Source: Candidatus Egerieisoma faecipullorum (GTDB taxonomy: Bacteria > Bacillota > Clostridia > UBA1212 > UBA1255). From it: a DNA stretch of 37,755 nucleotides. Location: the NCBI GenBank assembly GCA_018714995.1, contig DVMM01000063.1, positions 1 through 37,755 of the forward strand, in the 5' to 3' direction. Positions 34,795 through 37,755 of the stretch are shown piece after piece; the stretch's first letter is position 1, and each line of letters starts with the position of its first letter. Below the pieces are notes generated by a model. It ran no database searches and was not told where the DNA came from. It saw nothing but the letters and a program-made list of their open reading frames with translations. Both the position numbers and the translations under genes were made by a program.

Positions 34795-35757
34795 ATGAAA
34801 AGGACAAAAAGCAAATTGCTTCCGTTTCTTATCGTGCTTCTGGCTGCTTCGCTGTGTCTGACGGCGGGCTGCTCGGAGAACCAGGATGGGACTGCCGATC
34901 CGACGGCTTCTCCTTCCGCTACTGCAAAGGCAACGGCTTCTTCGAACACGGAGGCTACTCCGACCGCGGAGGCGGAACCAACCGCGCCCGCATCTCCTAC
35001 GCCGCTGAAGCTGACGGATCCTCCGGAGGGATATGATGCGAACGATAAAGCCGCGGCGGCCGACCTCCTCGATCTTGTATTTGAAGATGGGGAAGCAAAG
35101 GATCAGTCCGCAGCGCAGCTGGAGCTGACGCCGATCAACGATCCGATCGTTGAAACGGATCCGCTGATCAACAAGACGGCGGCGGAATTTCTGGGCAGCG
35201 GAGACGCTTCGATCAATGAGATTTCTATGTACGCGGCATACGGATTCGGCTCGGATTATCATGCGACGCTGGAGGATGGCTTCTCGCTTGAAGTATATGC
35301 GAAGATCACGGATGACACGATGTACGGAACGCTGCTCGGTTATATGCAGGGCGGCGGCTTTGGGATCGATTTCGATCCGAACAATGCCGAAAACGATCTG
35401 AACGGCGGCGCAAATGCGTCGATTGGATTCTGCATGTACGATATAGGCGCCGGCGGCTATGTCAACCTGTACCATGAAGAGCCTGTAGAGCTGGACCGCT
35501 ATTATCATGTAGTCGGGACGTTTGACGGAAGCACGATGTCTCTGTACTACGACGGCCAGCTGATAAAAAGCACGGAAATTACCGGGCCCTTGCAGTTTCC
35601 CCAGGAAACTTCGCAGTACCTTGGAATCGGCGGAGACGCCGGACCGACAGATCAGGGAGAGCTCGGAATGAACGGCTCTCTGGCGATTGCCAGAATTTAT
35701 TCCACTCCCTTGACTGCTTCTCAGGTATATAATTTGTACCTGGATGCGGTGCAGTAA
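34795..35757 (+). CDS. Lipoprotein with Ala/Thr/Pro-rich linker and C-terminal LamG-like (concanavalin A-type) domain
   Basis: Lipobox LTAG|C. Low-complexity linker TADPTASPSATAKATASSNTEATPTAEAEPTAPASPTP. LamG-type strings YYHVVGTFDGSTMSLYYDGQLI and LAIARIYSTPLTASQV. Confidence 0.75.
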   Translation: MKRTKSKLLPFLIVLLAASLCLTAGCSENQDGTADPTASPSATAKATASSNTEATPTAEAEPTAPASPTPLKLTDPPEGYDANDKAAAADLLDLVFEDGEAKDQSAAQLELTPINDPIVETDPLINKTAAEFLGSGDASINEISMYAAYGFGSDYHATLEDGFSLEVYAKITDDTMYGTLLGYMQGGGFGIDFDPNNAENDLNGGANASIGFCMYDIGAGGYVNLYHEEPVELDRYYHVVGTFDGSTMSLYYDGQLIKSTEITGPLQFPQETSQYLGIGGDAGPTDQGELGMNGSLAIARIYSTPLTASQVYNLYLDAVQ

Positions 35758-35777
35758 GCATACGGCGGAGTATTCTC

Positions 35778-35818
35778 TCACGGCGGAGGGCGGCAGGCCT
35801 TCCGCCGTGATTTGTTTC
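35778..35818 (+). terminator. Rho-independent terminator after the LamG lipoprotein gene
   Basis: TCACGGCGGA (35778-35787) / TCCGCCGTGA (35801-35810) followed by TTTGTTTC. Confidence 0.6.
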
Positions 35819-35880
35819 ATTGCCATGCAAGGCAGCCTTATGGTATCATTTATAAAAACAAGACGGAAAGAGTGGCAGAA

Positions 35881-36711
35881 ATGATAAAATTATCCGGTCC
35901 GGAAGAGCTTGAAATGTTAAAAGAAACGCTTGGCGAGGAACTATACGCGCGGATCGCCGCCTGCAGACGTATATGCATTCCTGTGCGCGAGGGGTATTTC
36001 CTTTTGTTCTCTCTTCTGGATTTGAAAAATGACAGAAAGAAGGAAGATCCCGTTTACCTGTACTGCAGCAGGGAAGATGCGTTCTTTTTTACGCGCTCCG
36101 TGCGCTGCCGGGAAATTCTGGAGGACGGCGAGAAACAGGAAAACGCGCTCCGCTGCGTAGCGCACTTTTTTGCAGCGCTGACCGCGGAGGATGTCGACGG
36201 CCTGGAACGACTGGAGGCAGAAATCGAAACGCTGGAAGACCTGCTTCTGACGGCGCGGAAGCCCTCGGATAATACGGAGAAAAGAATTATCCGGATCCGC
36301 AAAAAGCTGCTGCGGCTAAAACGCTATTATGAACAGCTCAGGATGATTCTCGGAGAACTGACGGAGGACGACGCGGAAATTTTTGACAAGGAAACGCGCC
36401 GGCAGCTCCGCTTCGCCGATCGGCATGTCAGCCACCTTCTTGACTCCGTCTTTCATCTGCGTGAATATATTACGCAGGTGAGAGAGGCCTATCAGGCACA
36501 AATCGAAATCGAACAAAATCAGGTCATGAAAGTTTTTACAGTCATCACGACCGTTTTCCTGCCGCTTACTCTGATCGCCGGATGGTATGGCATGAATTTC
36601 ACCGCAATTCCGGAACTTGAATGGCGATACGGATATCTATATGTGATTCTGCTGAGCGTATTCGTCTGTTCTCTATGCATTCTTTTTTTCAAGCATAAAA
36701 AATGGTTCTGA
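35881..36711 (+). CDS. CorA-like divalent metal ion transporter
   Basis: C-terminal TM pair with the GMN signature (GWYGMNF). I place the start at ATG 35881, because the track start 35812 lies inside the upstream terminator. Confidence 0.75.
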   Translation: MIKLSGPEELEMLKETLGEELYARIAACRRICIPVREGYFLLFSLLDLKNDRKKEDPVYLYCSREDAFFFTRSVRCREILEDGEKQENALRCVAHFFAALTAEDVDGLERLEAEIETLEDLLLTARKPSDNTEKRIIRIRKKLLRLKRYYEQLRMILGELTEDDAEIFDKETRRQLRFADRHVSHLLDSVFHLREYITQVREAYQAQIEIEQNQVMKVFTVITTVFLPLTLIAGWYGMNFTAIPELEWRYGYLYVILLSVFVCSLCILFFKHKKWF

Positions 36712-36729
36712 GCTTATTAAAATGCGCGG

Positions 36730-37374
36730 CTATTTCGTAAGATTTTTGAGACTTTCCGGCTTCCCCATTACGATCAGCGTTTCGTTTTTATTGAAAATAT
36801 GATCCGGAGGGGGAAGAGGATTCATTTCGCCGTCCTTTTTTGTTGCAAGAATGCTGATGTGGTAACGCGTTCGAACTGATTTTTCAATAATGCTTTTTCC
36901 GCACCAGCTTTCCGGAACAGCCAGCTCGTAAATTGCGATTTCAGGCGTAAGCTCGACGTAATCGAAAATGTTTTTTGCGCCGTATTTGATGGCGAGTCGT
37001 TCCGCCATTTCGCGTTCCGCATAAACGACGTTGTCTGCGCCGTTGCGCAGCAGCAGCTTTCTGTGTACGTCGCGGCTTGCACGCGCCAGGATGAACTTTG
37101 CGCCGTTATCCTTCAGAAGGACCGTTATTTCAAGCGCGCTCTGAAAATTATCCCCAATCGCTACAACGCAGATATCAAAATTTTTTATCCCTAAAGACTG
37201 CATAAAGATTTCGTTGGTTGCGTCCCCGATTTCGATATTGTCAATGATATTGATGGCATTATCCGCCCGCTCTGCGTTTTTCTCAATTGCGAGAACGGAA
37301 TTGCCCTCTTCAATAAATTTTGCGGCCATATGTCTTCCGAAACGACCGAGACCGATAATTAAAATAGATTTCAT
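36730..37374 (-). CDS. ktrA: Potassium uptake regulatory subunit, TrkA/KtrA (RCK N + C domains)
   Basis: ILIIGLGRFGRHMA Rossmann motif, a C-terminal TrkA-C domain, and adjacency to a TrkH/KtrB gene. Confidence 0.85.
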   Translation of the reverse strand: MKSILIIGLGRFGRHMAAKFIEEGNSVLAIEKNAERADNAINIIDNIEIGDATNEIFMQSLGIKNFDICVVAIGDNFQSALEITVLLKDNGAKFILARASRDVHRKLLLRNGADNVVYAEREMAERLAIKYGAKNIFDYVELTPEIAIYELAVPESWCGKSIIEKSVRTRYHISILATKKDGEMNPLPPPDHIFNKNETLIVMGKPESLKNLTK

Positions 37375-37394
37375 ATGTTTTACCTCCGTAACTC

Positions 37395-37755
37395 TTAACC
37401 GATCTGCACCTTCTCAAGCGGAAGAGAAGAGATCTTAATATTTTTATTCGAGGAAAATGCGAGAAGCATCGTCATAGAGCCAACCCTGCCGAATATCATC
37501 AGAAAACAGAGGATCAGACACGATACGCTCCCAAGCGTTGGCGTGAGTCCTACGGAAAGGCCCACCGTCGCGATAGCGGATACCGTTTCAAAGAGTGCAT
37601 CCAGGAAAGCGATGCCTTCGATGCGCGATATGAGAACGGCGCCTCCGCAGGAGAGCAGCAAATACAGCATAAATACGCAGGAGGCCGTCCGTGCAATGCC
37701 GTCTTCCATCCGGCGGCCGAACGCTTCCACGGATTTTCTGTGGCGGAAGGTGGTT
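37395..37755 (-). CDS. ktrB: Potassium transporter membrane subunit TrkH/KtrB (3' part only; the gene continues beyond the window)
   Basis: The frame is open to the window edge (..TTFRHRKSVEAFGRR..). Selectivity-loop-like ATVGLSVGLTP and a hydrophobic C-terminus. Confidence 0.75.
   Translation of the reverse strand, partial: TTFRHRKSVEAFGRRMEDGIARTASCVFMLYLLLSCGGAVLISRIEGIAFLDALFETVSAIATVGLSVGLTPTLGSVSCLILCFLMIFGRVGSMTMLLAFSSNKNIKISSLPLEKVQIG

Noticed and set aside
34789-35826. 345-aa ORF antisense to the LamG lipoprotein gene. The same judgement applies to 4693-5625, 11128-12090, 15208-16215 and 16321-17106, which lie opposite the sortase, iorA/B and pnp genes.
   Set aside because: All are mirror frames of confidently identified genes. 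They lack RBSs and have Arg-rich, low-complexity translations.
1-37755. Looked for CRISPR arrays, tRNA/rRNA genes, long direct or inverted repeats bounding the AT-rich islets, and classic defence modules
   Set aside because: I saw no regularly spaced repeats, no tRNA-like T-loop/acceptor patterns and no rRNA. I could not find convincing flanking repeats by eye; a computational repeat search would be needed to exclude short att sites.

Overview
This is a chromosomal window from a moderately GC-rich, endospore-forming Firmicute. Class Clostridia, Oscillospiraceae/Ruminococcaceae-like, is my guess from gene content and composition and cannot be verified here. I call about 33 protein genes and saw no rRNA, tRNA or CRISPR array. 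The left end holds a sortase-dependent pilus locus: a 5'-truncated large adhesin, a backbone pilin with LPVTG, and two tandem class C sortases. It is followed by an AT-rich break, a small membrane protein plus an LtaS-family sulfatase-fold enzyme, and a convergent 448-aa polytopic membrane protein. The middle carries housekeeping and metabolic genes: an MtnN-like nucleosidase, a translationally coupled iorA-iorB-paaK module, a secreted papain-fold protein, rpsO-pnp, and a two-gene operon with an intracellular GH78 rhamnosidase. A second AT-rich islet (about 20.9-23.5 kb) holds a multiply frameshifted TnpV-like relic and an orphan lipoprotein with an apparent internal duplication. The right half carries sporulation genes (ypeB, dpaA-dpaB), a GDPD plus a C26-type hydrolase, and a marR + heterodimeric ABC exporter operon. 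It also carries a HAD-IIA phosphatase whose catalytic Asp codon lies upstream of its only ATG, and a maltose-type O-acetyltransferase coupled to an orphan PD-(D/E)XK-fold protein. A LamG lipoprotein, a CorA-like channel, ktrA and a partial ktrB close the window. I do not see a convincing multi-gene novel system and there is no defence-island signature. The most checkable oddities are a non-LPXTG sorting signal, the HAD start problem, the orphan nuclease-fold gene and the decayed mobile islet. All family assignments rest on motif recognition by eye, not on searches.
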